Assembly: GCA_031411295.1 (NCBI GenBank)
Contig: JANOAV010000134.1
Location: 1-64,000, forward strand
Direction of reading: 5' to 3'
DNA length: 64,000 nucleotides
DNA from: Verrucomicrobiales bacterium
Lineage (GTDB): Bacteria; Verrucomicrobiota; Verrucomicrobiia; Verrucomicrobiales; V1-33
Within the stretch, counting starts at the first letter, position 1. Each line of letters starts with the position of its first letter. The position numbers were made by a program, and so were the translations under genes. Under the pieces are notes generated by a model. That model was given only the letters and a program-made list of their open reading frames with translations. It did no database searches and had not been told where the DNA came from. Shown piece by piece: positions 37,551 through 47,612 of this stretch.

Positions 37551-38384
37551 TTACTCCCCAGTCCAGACCTCTGCCACCCGCTCGATCTTGAGCGCTTTGC
37601 CGGTATCACAATCGATTTCCATCCACGCCCCACAGACTTTCACGGGGCCGGGAGCGACAATGAATTTCCCTGGCATGCTGGTGCGGAAGCGTTGTAGAAC
37701 GGGTTCGATTCTGCTGCCGATGACGCTTTCGATGGGGCCACACATGCCCGCATCGCAGAGGAACGCGGTGCCTCCGGGAAAAATGGTTTCATCTGCCGTT
37801 TGCACATGCGTGTGGGTGCCGATGACGCCACTGACTTTCCCGTCCAAGTGGCGGCCCATGGCGATTTTCTCGCTGGTGGCCTCGCCATGGAAATCCATGA
37901 AGATCACGGGTGTCTCTTCCCGTAATTTCTCCACTTCTTTCGCAGCAGCCAGGAACGGATTCTCCAAGGGTGGTTGGGTAAACGTCCGACCTTGGGCACA
38001 CAGCACGGCCACTTTCCCCTTGTCCGTTTCCAGGACCACGGAGCCCTGCCCCGGGGTTCCTTCCGGGTAGTTTAAGGGGCGCAGGAGTCGGGGCTCCGTT
38101 TCCATATAACTGATGATATCCGACTGGTCCCAAGCGTGATCCCCGAGGGTGACCACGGCTGCGCCTGCCCGGAGAAGCGCGATGCAAATCTTCGGCGTGA
38201 TGCCACGGCCGGCGGCTGAGTTCTCGCCATTGACGACAACGAAATCGATTTGGTGCTTCTCCTTGAGCACCGGGATGAGATCGACCACAGCTCTGCGCCC
38301 AGGTTCACCGAAGACGTCTCCGAGGAAGAGAATTCGAATGCACCGCGCTGGGGCTGGGGAGGAATTGATGGGAGTCAGAGCCAT
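37551..38384 (-). CDS. ymdB: YmdB/TIGR00282 family metallophosphoesterase
   Basis: FLGDVFGEPGR, VNGENSAAGRGIT, DFHGEATSEK, GTHTHVQTAD. Confidence 0.95.
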   Translation of the reverse strand: MALTPINSSPAPARCIRILFLGDVFGEPGRRAVVDLIPVLKEKHQIDFVVVNGENSAAGRGITPKICIALLRAGAAVVTLGDHAWDQSDIISYMETEPRLLRPLNYPEGTPGQGSVVLETDKGKVAVLCAQGRTFTQPPLENPFLAAAKEVEKLREETPVIFMDFHGEATSEKIAMGRHLDGKVSGVIGTHTHVQTADETIFPGGTAFLCDAGMCGPIESVIGSRIEPVLQRFRTSMPGKFIVAPGPVKVCGAWMEIDCDTGKALKIERVAEVWTGE

Positions 38385-38496
38385 GAGGGGGGAAAAGTTG
38401 ATCAGAAACCACCCCCATCGGTCAGGAGAGTGGATTTGTCCAACAGGATTCCGCTAAGCCCTTGACTCTCAGGCCCGGAGAAATAGGCTGCGATCC

Positions 38497-39516
38497 ATGG
38501 GAAACGAATCTTCTTTTTACGCAGGTCTTGATATTGGAGGCACCACCGTCAAGGCCGTTCTGGTCAACCACCAAGGCACCCAGACGGGTCCGTTGACGGA
38601 GGTGCGCAGTCTGGTCAAAGACGGCTACGAGGCGACCTTTGGGCAATTGGATTTGGCGTTGAATCATCTGGCTACAGGCGCGGGAATCGAACGCAGTGCC
38701 ATCAAAGGAATCGGCCTGGACGTGCCAGCGCCCAGCAGCAATGGCGTCATCTGGGGGCGGGCAAATTTAGGCGAGGACTGGGTGGGCACGGACATCCGGG
38801 GAAAGCTATCGGAGCGCATGGGAGTGCCCGTTTATATGACCAACGATGGAAATGCCGCCGCGCTGGGCGAGTATGCCCTGCGCCACAAACATATCGGCAG
38901 CCTGCTGCTGGTGGCGCCCGGCACTGGGCTTGGCGGCGGGTTCGTCCTACCGGGAGGAAAAGGTCACGAAGGAGCCAATGGGATGGCGCTGGAAATCGGC
39001 CACATCAGCGTGCCCTTTCGCGAGGATGATGGAGAGTTGCCGACCTGCTCCTGTGGACTCACGGGCTGCGTCGAAGCCTGGGTCTCACTCGTGGCGCTCC
39101 GCCGCAGATTGAGCCTGGAGCTGGCCAAGCCGGAATGGGCGGACCACCCCTTAAACTCCGCAGAAATTCCGGTCGAGGAGAAAGCTTTTAAGCTGCGTGG
39201 ATTCGCGGAGAAGGGAGATGCGCTCGCAGTGCAGATTTTCAAACAACAAGGCTATATTTTCGGATATGCCATTGCGGACATGGTGCGCACCCTGGATCCT
39301 GGCTTGGTCGTCGTCGGGGGCGGGTTGGCGGAAACATCATTCCGGGATCAATACATGGCTTGGATCAATGAAGGCTTTGCCGCGCGCGCCTGGCCAGTCT
39401 ATCGCTTCAATCCGATCGACCCCAGCAAGGTCACGACCGATTTCGAATGGGCCATCGGAGGCGATGCCGCTGCCGCCATCGGCATGGCCTATACCGCCCA
39501 CGAACTCTTCCACTGA
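38497..39516 (+). CDS. ROK family sugar kinase
   Basis: GLDIGGT, NDGNAAALGE, GTGLGGG, EIGH, CSCG..GCVE. Confidence 0.93.
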   Translation: MGNESSFYAGLDIGGTTVKAVLVNHQGTQTGPLTEVRSLVKDGYEATFGQLDLALNHLATGAGIERSAIKGIGLDVPAPSSNGVIWGRANLGEDWVGTDIRGKLSERMGVPVYMTNDGNAAALGEYALRHKHIGSLLLVAPGTGLGGGFVLPGGKGHEGANGMALEIGHISVPFREDDGELPTCSCGLTGCVEAWVSLVALRRRLSLELAKPEWADHPLNSAEIPVEEKAFKLRGFAEKGDALAVQIFKQQGYIFGYAIADMVRTLDPGLVVVGGGLAETSFRDQYMAWINEGFAARAWPVYRFNPIDPSKVTTDFEWAIGGDAAAAIGMAYTAHELFH

Positions 39517-39655
39517 GTTCCCAACACGCGTATGGCCAGCGCGGCTTGCAATTAGTCAGAGTTGGCAAAGAATCCAGTCGCTCATCCACCCTTGTTTTTT
39601 CCGAGCGATGGTTCCGGATCGTCGCTGTCATTCTATCCCAACTAACTCCATCCAT

Positions 39656-40519
39656 ATGAAACATTTTTTCCCCACCCTCGCCTTAACCCTGTTGGCGCTC
39701 TTGCCCACCAGTCGAGCCGATGCTCCGTTGCCCGATTCCGTCAAAGTGGGCGGCTTTGCCGTTGGTTGTCAAGCCTACACCTTCAATCGCTTCAGCGTCT
39801 TCGAGGCCATCGAAAAAACCGCTTCCACCGGAGCCAAAGTCATCGAATTCTATCCCGGTCAGAAGCTTTCCCCTGAGGAACCGTCGGTCAAATTCAGTCA
39901 CGATGCCTCCCCGGAAGTCTGGGACAAAGTGAAAGCCAAGTTGAAGGAAGCAGGCATCACCCCGGTGGCCTACGGTGTCGTCGGCTTGTCCAAAGACGAA
40001 GCCGCATCGCGCAAAGTATTTGAATTCGCCAAGAGCTTCGGCATCAAGGTGATCAACACCGAGTCCGTCGATGCCATCGATACGTTCGAGAAACTCGTCA
40101 AGGAATACGATATCAAAGTCGGATTCCATGATCACCCCAAGCGCCCGGATGACGTGAACTACAAAATGTGGGATCCGAACTATATCCTCTCCGTCGTGAA
40201 AGATCGCGACATCCGGATCGGATCGTGCGCGGACATCGGCCACTGGGTGCGTAGCGGCTTGAAGCCCATCGATTGCGTGAAAATCCTCAAAGGTCGCATA
40301 GTCAGCAGCCATATGAAAGACCTGCATGTAGCGCTCCCCATCGGCCATGACGTCCATTGGGGTGAGGGTGTCAGCGGAGTGAAGGAAGTGCTCGATGAGT
40401 ATAAAGCACAAGGATTCGTGGGGCCGATCTCCATCGAATACGAATACAACTGGGACAACAACGTGGTGGACGCCAAAGCCTGCATGGACTTCATGCGCGC
40501 CTACGGTGCGAAGAAATAA
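39656..40519 (+). CDS. Exported sugar phosphate isomerase/epimerase (xylose isomerase-like TIM barrel)
   Basis: Signal peptide, QAYTF, CADIGHW, HMKD, SIEYE. Confidence 0.88.
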   Translation: MKHFFPTLALTLLALLPTSRADAPLPDSVKVGGFAVGCQAYTFNRFSVFEAIEKTASTGAKVIEFYPGQKLSPEEPSVKFSHDASPEVWDKVKAKLKEAGITPVAYGVVGLSKDEAASRKVFEFAKSFGIKVINTESVDAIDTFEKLVKEYDIKVGFHDHPKRPDDVNYKMWDPNYILSVVKDRDIRIGSCADIGHWVRSGLKPIDCVKILKGRIVSSHMKDLHVALPIGHDVHWGEGVSGVKEVLDEYKAQGFVGPISIEYEYNWDNNVVDAKACMDFMRAYGAKK

Positions 40520-40547
40520 GCTCCCACAACAGACCTGACTTTTTGAG

Positions 40548-40577
40548 TGCGGACCGCGGCGCAAGCTGCGGTCCGCG
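40548..40577. terminator. GC-rich hairpin between convergent genes
   Basis: GCGGACCGCGGC-GCAA-GCTGCGGTCCGC. Confidence 0.6.
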
Positions 40578-40583
40578 CTGCGT

Positions 40584-41591
40584 TTAGCCCCCAAGGTCCC
40601 AACTGGAGGGAAAGGCCGCCGCCGGAAAGATGGCCTGCGCTTCCCGCAACATTTCCTGCCACTCCGCTCGTTGATAGCGACTGGAAAGATGGATCAGGAC
40701 CAACCGCTGAGCGACCACGCGCTGGGCCAACTGGGCGGTCAGTGCGGTGGTCATATGGTAGTTGCGCTGCGCCAGGGGGAGATCCGCCTGGCGATACTGG
40801 CTTTCGCAAATGATGGTATGGCATCCGTGGAGAAATTCCGCCAGTCGGTCAGCCGCCGTTTCGTCCAGCAGGAAGTCTGTCAGGTAGGCCACGGAATCGC
40901 CCGGCGTATTCACCAGCAAGGTTTCCTGGAGTTTTACGAGTTCGTAAGTTTGGCCCTGAATCTCCACGTGCTCGATGCCATTAGGATTTGATTTTAGCAA
41001 CTGCATCCACGGGCCCGGTGGCAGGCCCAGGCCGTTCAGCTTGGCCAGGTCCACATTTTGCCGTGATTTTTCCCGCACCACGTAAGCGATGACCGGGGTG
41101 AGGTGATCCATGGTGATGGCCTCCACGGTAAATTCGGCGGTCTCCAAAATTAATTTCTGCCACCCGGCAGTCGGCTCTGGATGGGCCACCGCAAAGGCTT
41201 CGAACAATTCATAACGCGTCGTTTCCAGTCGGTCCGGATGGATGTCCGTAATGTGCCAGGCCGCATTCATCGTGGCGTGGAGATTCCACAAATATCCCTG
41301 GAAGCGATGCTGTAAGATTCGACTCGTTTCCGGCGGACCCCAGATCTGGTTGGGCTTCAGGTCCCGATTGTAGAGCTGCCGGAAGAGGATATCGAACCCA
41401 CTAACATGGTCCATGTGAAGATGGGAAAAGAAAATGTGATCAATTCCCAGAACTTCACTGGCCGGCACGCCCCGCAGGCAATCTCCCCCGCAATCAAAGA
41501 GCAAGCGGAAGATCGACTGACCGGAATCCACCCGTAGCAGGACCGCATTGTCCTGCTCAGGCCCACCCAACACCTCGAAAGTAAGACTCAT
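40584..41591 (-). CDS. Ribonuclease Z-like metallo-beta-lactamase fold protein
   Basis: LFDCG, SHLHMDHVSG, PPGPW exosite, YLTD, HLSSRY. Confidence 0.88.
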   Translation of the reverse strand: MSLTFEVLGGPEQDNAVLLRVDSGQSIFRLLFDCGGDCLRGVPASEVLGIDHIFFSHLHMDHVSGFDILFRQLYNRDLKPNQIWGPPETSRILQHRFQGYLWNLHATMNAAWHITDIHPDRLETTRYELFEAFAVAHPEPTAGWQKLILETAEFTVEAITMDHLTPVIAYVVREKSRQNVDLAKLNGLGLPPGPWMQLLKSNPNGIEHVEIQGQTYELVKLQETLLVNTPGDSVAYLTDFLLDETAADRLAEFLHGCHTIICESQYRQADLPLAQRNYHMTTALTAQLAQRVVAQRLVLIHLSSRYQRAEWQEMLREAQAIFPAAAFPSSWDLGG

Positions 41592-41682
41592 AAGAGTCCC
41601 CATTGGCACGCGGTGGTCCGACCTGCAACGCATTATCAGAAGGACAGTTGCTCTCGGCTCACTTTTGCGCTTAGATTGCGGA

Positions 41683-42156
41683 ATGCTGAAATTTCTCCGT
41701 TCCTCCCGTTGTCTCCTGCTTTTGCCGCTCCTCTGGCTCGGTGCCTGCCAACATGCCACTGAATCTGAGACGGCCCCCACCGGCCCCTCCGTGCTGAGCG
41801 CGGCCGCCACCCAGCAAGCCTTGGAGGGGAAGGTCTCGTTCCGGAACCACCTCAAGCCAGTGTTGGAGTCCCGGTGCCTGCCCTGCCATAACGGCAAGAC
41901 GGTCATTGGTCTCTTTGAATTAACGAGCCGGGAGAAGGCTTTCCAGCCCGGCCCGTTGGGACCGCGCATCATTCCTGGTCAGCCTGACAAGAGTTTGCTA
42001 TTCCTCAATCCCGGAGGCACCCATAAAGCCGTGCAGGTAATGCCACCGGTCGGGAATCGACTGACGCCAGACGAATTGAAGCTCCTCCGCCGCTGGATTG
42101 TCCAGGGCGCAGAATGGCCAGCGGGATCGGCTGGGAAACTGATGAATGCCCCCTGA
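41683..42156 (+). CDS. Lipoprotein with a planctomycete-type cytochrome c domain
   Basis: Lipobox LGA-C, CLPCH heme motif, IIPGQPDKSLL, MPP..WIVQGA. Confidence 0.85.
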   Translation: MLKFLRSSRCLLLLPLLWLGACQHATESETAPTGPSVLSAAATQQALEGKVSFRNHLKPVLESRCLPCHNGKTVIGLFELTSREKAFQPGPLGPRIIPGQPDKSLLFLNPGGTHKAVQVMPPVGNRLTPDELKLLRRWIVQGAEWPAGSAGKLMNAP

Positions 42157-42257
42157 GCATCCCGCCATGAACTCCGGCCGCAGGGGTCGCGCCCATGACT
42201 GCTAACAGGCTGCGATCCTGCCTTGTGCATTTCGATTCTTAATCTAGTCTTGCCCCC

Positions 42258-43175
42258 ATGTTGTCATTTTCAACCTGCTGGAACAGCCACCGTCACACGG
42301 AGGGAGAAAAGATGGTGGAGGAAATTCTCTCGCTGGGATTCCACACCATTGAGGTCAGTCATGGACTGAAAGTATCGCTACTGCCAGGCATCATCAAAGC
42401 GGTGCAGGAAGGCCGCGTGCAGGTGTCCGGAGTGCATAATTTCTGCCCCTCACCCGTGGAGTTGATGATTGATGCGCCCGACGCTTACGAATTTACCGGG
42501 CACCGCCCGCATGACCGGGAGCGCGCTCTGGCGTTGACCTTGAAGACGATCGAATTCGGCGCCAGCGTGGGGGCGAAGTATGTCGTGATTCACCTTGGCA
42601 GTGTGCCCATGAAGGAGTTCACCCCAAAGCTGGAAGCCTTACTCAAGGCTGGGAAAGTCCAATCGCGCGAGTATATCGACCTGAAACTAAAGTTCGTGCA
42701 GTTGCGCGAAAAAATGGGCCCGTTTTATCTCCAGCGAGCCAAAGAAGCGCTGGCGAAGATTGTGGAGCACGCCGAAAAGTATCAGGTGAAGCTGGCCATT
42801 GAGAGCCGGAGTCATTTTGAACAAGTCCCCACGGAGCGGGAAATGGTGGGGCTGATGCAGGAACTCGCGGGCCCCTGGATCGGCTACTGGCATGACTTCG
42901 GCCACGTGCAGCGGAAACATAACCTCGGGCTGCTGGATCATTTCGAATGGCTCTCGCGCATGGAACCCTACCTGATCGGTTGCCATTTTCACGATGTCAT
43001 CTGGCCGGAGCGAGACCACCGGGTCCCCTTTCAAGGCACGGTGGATTTCAACCAACTGCTGCCCCTGGTCCCGCCGGAATTACCCGTGGTCTGGGAGCTG
43101 GGGTCCCGCCGGAAGAAGGAAGATATCCTCCAAGCGGTGCCGAAGTGGAAGCAGCGATTTGCGTTGTGGGTGTAG
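42258..43175 (+). CDS. Sugar phosphate isomerase/AP endonuclease 2 family TIM barrel
   Basis: HNFCP, LAIESR, WHDFGH, HFHD, DHRVP. Confidence 0.88.
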   Translation: MLSFSTCWNSHRHTEGEKMVEEILSLGFHTIEVSHGLKVSLLPGIIKAVQEGRVQVSGVHNFCPSPVELMIDAPDAYEFTGHRPHDRERALALTLKTIEFGASVGAKYVVIHLGSVPMKEFTPKLEALLKAGKVQSREYIDLKLKFVQLREKMGPFYLQRAKEALAKIVEHAEKYQVKLAIESRSHFEQVPTEREMVGLMQELAGPWIGYWHDFGHVQRKHNLGLLDHFEWLSRMEPYLIGCHFHDVIWPERDHRVPFQGTVDFNQLLPLVPPELPVVWELGSRRKKEDILQAVPKWKQRFALWV

Positions 43176-43246
43176 CTGGGAAACCCTACGCAATTCGGGC
43201 CGGAATCCGGCCTTGAGGATGGCTGGGCGATCCACCATATTTGCCC

Positions 43247-46200
43247 ATGACATTGATGCATCGAAATTCCACTTGGCTGTTCTTGCTCACTTCCCTGCTG
43301 CCGATGGCCGAAAGCTGGGCGGAAGGGGCGTTGCAGTTTAATAAGGACATCCGACCCATTTTGTCGGAGAATTGCTTTCACTGCCACGGCCCTGACCCTG
43401 GGTCGCGCAAGGCACAATTGCGATTGGACACGCAGGAGGGCTTCTTTGCCCGCACGGATAAGCGCGGCCCCACGGTGGTGGTAGGGAATTCAGCCGACAG
43501 CCCGCTCTATCAGCGTTTGATCACAACCGATCCGGATGACCACATGCCGCCCCCGGAAACGCACAAGGTTCTGAAACCCGCGGAAATATCCCTCATCAAA
43601 CAATGGATCGATACGGGAGCCAAGTGGCAGCCGCACTGGTCGCTCATGAAACCAGAGCGCCCTGCGGTTCCTGCCGTGGCGAAGCAGGACTGGGTGCGCA
43701 ATCCCATCGATGCCTTCGTCATGGAGAAACTGGCAGCCAAACGCCTCGAACCCGCCGCCCCAGCGGATCGCCCAGCGTTGGCGCGACGCCTCTGCTTGGA
43801 TCTCACCGGACTGTTGCCAGCGCCTGCTGACGTAGAGGCCTTCGTGGCGGATCAAGCGCCCGATGCCTATGAGAAATACGTCGCCACCCTGATGGCCAGG
43901 CCGCAATGGGGCGAGCACCGGGGCCGTTACTGGCTGGATGCCGCGCGCTACGCGGACACCCATGGACTCCACTTCGATAATTATCGGGAAATGTGGCCGT
44001 ATCGGGATTGGGTCATCAATGCCTTCAACCACAACCAGCCCTTCGATCAATTCACCGTGGAACAAGTGGCGGGCGATTTGCTGCCGAATCCGACCACCGA
44101 CCAACTCGTAGCCACTGGCTTTCATCGCTGCAATGTTACTACCAACGAAGGCGGCACCATTCCGGAGGAAAATCTCGTCGGCTATGCGCGGGAACGGGTG
44201 GAGACCACCAGTTGGGTGTGGCTCGGACTAACTGCAAATTGCGCGGTCTGTCATGACCATAAATTTGACCCCATCACGCAGAAGGATTTTTACGCCATGA
44301 GCGCCTTCTTCCGGAATACCACCCAATCCGCCATGGATGGCAACGTTAAGGATACGCAACCCAGCATGCGGGTTCCGCTGCTGGCAGATCGACCCCGTTG
44401 GGACACCATCGGAGGAGAAATTGCGGCCGCTAAAAAAACGCGGGATGAAGCCAGGACCAAAGCCCAACCAGCCTTTCAAACGTGGCTCACAGCCGCCAAG
44501 CCAGAAGAATTCACCCAGGCCCTCCCCACCAAAGACTTGGCACTCCATGCGCGCCTGGACGAAGGGCGGGGGCAGGAAGTGGCCGACCGTTGCGGGACTG
44601 AACCCCGCAAGGCCGTGGCCGCCCAACCGGTCACTTGGATGCCTGGCGGCAAGCTGGGTTCAGCACCGGTGCTGGGCAAAGGGGTTGACTTCTCCATGGG
44701 CCAAGTGGCGGACTTCGAGAAAGATCAGTCGTTCAGCTATGGTGCCTGGGTTCACATTCCCAAGGGCTACGGTGGCTACGGTAGTGCCTTGTCCAAGATG
44801 GATCGGGCCGATGGCTACCGGGGTTACGATCTCTTCATTCATGGCGGCACCCAGTATGCCGTGCACTTGGTCAACCACTGGCCGAACAACGCGCTCAAAG
44901 TCAGCACAAAACAGAAAAGCGGCAAACAGGGCGAGTGGCAGCACGTCTTCGTAACTTACGATGGTAGTGCCAAACCAGAGGGAGTGAAAATTTATCTCGA
45001 TGGCGAACTTACTCCCACCGTGACGGACGCCAACTCTCTGAAGGACAGTATTCGCACCACGGCTCCGTTTCGCATCGGTCAGCGCACTGGCGGAGAAGCC
45101 TTTGAGGGGGGCTCGGTGCAGGATGTGCGGGTCTATCAATGCGTGCTTTCCGAGTCCGAAGTCAAGTCCCTGGCCCAGTCTTCCCATCTGGCATCGCTGC
45201 TCGCACTGCCAGCCAAAGATCGCAAGCCGGAGCAGACTAACGCCCTGCTTGAGCACTATCTCCAGACCAAGGATGCAGGCTGGCAAACTGTTGTGCAACA
45301 AGTGGCCGCGCTGGAAACTGAGCGCACCAACATCGAAGCCCGCAGCCCCATCGCCCACGTGCAAAAGGAGAAGATGGACGGCCAGCCCATGGCCGTCGTG
45401 CTCTTCCGCGGCAGCTACGATCAACCCCGGGAAAAGCTCCAAGCCGACACCTTCGCTGCCCTGCATCCCTTCCCCAAGGAGGCTCCGCGCAATCGTCTGG
45501 GTCTGGCCCAGTGGCTCGTGAGCCCAGAGAATCCACTTACCGCCCGCGTCATCGTGAATCGTTTTTGGCAGGAACTCTTCGGCACTGGGCTGGTCAAAAC
45601 TAGTGAGGACTTGGGCATCATGGGGGATGCGCCCAGCCATCCGGAACTATTGGATTGGCTGGCGGTCGAGTTTCGTGAATCTGGTTGGAATGTGCAGCAA
45701 CTTTTCACGTTGATGGTCACCAGTAATACCTACCGTCAGGCGGCCCTCACCACCCCAGCCAAGCTGGAGGCGGATCCGGGGAATCGCCTGCTGAGCCGGG
45801 GACCACGCTTCCGCATGGATGCAGAAATGTTGCGGGACAACGCCCTGGCTAGTTCCGGACTGCTCGTCCCCAAGCTCGGTGGCCCCAGCGTGAAACCCTA
45901 TCAACCCGACGGCATCTGGGAAGGCGTCGCCATGCCCGAGAGTAACACGAAAAAATATGAGCGCGATACGGGCGAATCCCTCTACCGCCGCAGCCTCTAC
46001 ACCTTCTGGAAACGAGCCGCGCCCCCAGCCAGCATGGAGATCTTCAACGCCACCTCACGCGAGGTTAGTTGCCTGCGCCGGGAGCGCGCCAACACCCCGC
46101 TGCAAGCGCTCGTCACCATGAACGACGTGCAATTCGTCGAGGCCTCTCGTCGTCTGGCAGAGCAGGCGCTCAAGACCAGCGCAGGACAGGCCGATGGAGA

Positions 46201-46444
46201 TCGTCCATTCCATTTTCTGGCGCGACAGCTCCTCTCGCGCGCTTGGAAACCGGAGGAGTTGGACATTCTTAAAATTTCCCTCGCGGAGTTGCTGGCCGAC
46301 TTTAAAGCCCAACCGGCCGAAGCGCAGAAACTCATCACCTTCGGAGAATCCAAACCAGACCCAGCCTTGGATCCAGCCACCTTGGCGGCTTGGACCATGT
46401 TGGCGAACCAAGTGATGAATTTGGATGAGACGTTGAACAAGTAG
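43247..46444 (+). CDS. DUF1549/DUF1553 planctomycete cytochrome c protein with an internal LamG-like domain
   Basis: CFHCHGPD, WLDAARYADT, CAVCHDHKFDP, WQHVFVTYDG, ARVIVNRFW, HPELLDWLA, NTPLQAL. Confidence 0.95.
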   Translation: MTLMHRNSTWLFLLTSLLPMAESWAEGALQFNKDIRPILSENCFHCHGPDPGSRKAQLRLDTQEGFFARTDKRGPTVVVGNSADSPLYQRLITTDPDDHMPPPETHKVLKPAEISLIKQWIDTGAKWQPHWSLMKPERPAVPAVAKQDWVRNPIDAFVMEKLAAKRLEPAAPADRPALARRLCLDLTGLLPAPADVEAFVADQAPDAYEKYVATLMARPQWGEHRGRYWLDAARYADTHGLHFDNYREMWPYRDWVINAFNHNQPFDQFTVEQVAGDLLPNPTTDQLVATGFHRCNVTTNEGGTIPEENLVGYARERVETTSWVWLGLTANCAVCHDHKFDPITQKDFYAMSAFFRNTTQSAMDGNVKDTQPSMRVPLLADRPRWDTIGGEIAAAKKTRDEARTKAQPAFQTWLTAAKPEEFTQALPTKDLALHARLDEGRGQEVADRCGTEPRKAVAAQPVTWMPGGKLGSAPVLGKGVDFSMGQVADFEKDQSFSYGAWVHIPKGYGGYGSALSKMDRADGYRGYDLFIHGGTQYAVHLVNHWPNNALKVSTKQKSGKQGEWQHVFVTYDGSAKPEGVKIYLDGELTPTVTDANSLKDSIRTTAPFRIGQRTGGEAFEGGSVQDVRVYQCVLSESEVKSLAQSSHLASLLALPAKDRKPEQTNALLEHYLQTKDAGWQTVVQQVAALETERTNIEARSPIAHVQKEKMDGQPMAVVLFRGSYDQPREKLQADTFAALHPFPKEAPRNRLGLAQWLVSPENPLTARVIVNRFWQELFGTGLVKTSEDLGIMGDAPSHPELLDWLAVEFRESGWNVQQLFTLMVTSNTYRQAALTTPAKLEADPGNRLLSRGPRFRMDAEMLRDNALASSGLLVPKLGGPSVKPYQPDGIWEGVAMPESNTKKYERDTGESLYRRSLYTFWKRAAPPASMEIFNATSREVSCLRRERANTPLQALVTMNDVQFVEASRRLAEQALKTSAGQADGDRPFHFLARQLLSRAWKPEELDILKISLAELLADFKAQPAEAQKLITFGESKPDPALDPATLAAWTMLANQVMNLDETLNK

Positions 46445-46451
46445 CTCCAGC

Positions 46452-47330
46452 TTACTGTAAACGCAGCCCATGCTGCTGCCAGAATGATTGCAGACTGGAG
46501 GCCGATCCATTGAAGACACTGCGCTCCACTGGCCGATCCATGTTTCCGAAATACGGACTGAAACGATAGGCTCCGTGGTTGTAAACCTTCGGACGCGAGG
46601 CCCCGCGCTCCCAATCCACCCCACCGTATTGCCACAGCGTCCAATTGGACCAGACTTGATACTGATTCAAGAGGCCCCGGGGATTACCCGGAGCAGGGAA
46701 AATGGGGCCCGCTCCACTGTCATGGGCATAAAGTGCCAGCCAGTAGGGCATCCGCCGCAGCTTGGCTTTGCTGGCGGTATCGGCTCCCCCCAGCAGCAAT
46801 TTCAACTGGGCGCTGTTCTCCAAATAAGCGACTGGCACCACTCCCGTGCGTGCTTCCACGCGGTCCGCGAAACGCAGGATGTCCGAGAGCTTCGAGTTGG
46901 CATCGAAGTCGCCACAGAGCAGTAGCGACGAGGCTTTCCAATTCCGATTCCGTGCCAGCCCCTGCGCCCGATTCACAAATTGATCGGCCTGCGCCACCGC
47001 GTCTTTTTGCGGCAGCAACCGATAGTAAATCCCCGGCAGCAAGCCAGCCCGATCCGCCGACCCCAGGAAATTTTCACATTTGGGATCCAACACACCGCCT
47101 TTACCCGCCCGGGCAATCAAGCCCTGAGCCCCGTTGGCCTGCAGCGCAGAGACGTCGAACTCAGAGAAACTTCGACCGGAACGTTGGCGCTCTTTGGGAT
47201 CGTAGGCCGAGACATTGACGATCTCGGGGTAACGCCCATTTCCCACCGCCGCCGGTGCCGGAGTGCCGGGCGTGGTGGTATTGCACTGTGCTAGGAGGAG
47301 GACGAACGGGAGCAGGAGAAGTTGCTTCAT
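46452..47330 (-). CDS. GH25 (lysozyme-like) family lipoprotein
   Basis: Lipobox LAQ-C, VNVSAY, GIYY, AVAQADQF, YWLALY, WTLWQY. Confidence 0.75.
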   Translation of the reverse strand: MKQLLLLPFVLLLAQCNTTTPGTPAPAAVGNGRYPEIVNVSAYDPKERQRSGRSFSEFDVSALQANGAQGLIARAGKGGVLDPKCENFLGSADRAGLLPGIYYRLLPQKDAVAQADQFVNRAQGLARNRNWKASSLLLCGDFDANSKLSDILRFADRVEARTGVVPVAYLENSAQLKLLLGGADTASKAKLRRMPYWLALYAHDSGAGPIFPAPGNPRGLLNQYQVWSNWTLWQYGGVDWERGASRPKVYNHGAYRFSPYFGNMDRPVERSVFNGSASSLQSFWQQHGLRLQ

Positions 47331-47612
47331 GGGCGGCATCATAGCAGCTTCCATTCTCTCGACAAGCGTGGTTTGCCGCAGAGATGCGACAGTTGGGAAG
47401 CAGCCCAAACCAGGAAGCATCAGTTCCTCGGTTGGGAACCCTATGTCCCCAGGGTGGAGGATTGCGGCCACCACCCAAAAATTGGCCAAGCCGTGGAGGG
47501 CGAGGTGACGAGACCAGCAAACGCGCCAAGCAAGTAATTTAGCGGCCGCCCGACGCGAAATCTGCCGCAGTTTCACGCGTGACAACGACCCCGCTCACAG
47601 GCAAATTAAGCC

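Noticed and set aside
26495..37560. Integrase or att-bounded genomic island
   Set aside because: No integrase, tRNA or flanking direct repeat was seen; the island status rests on gene content and composition only.
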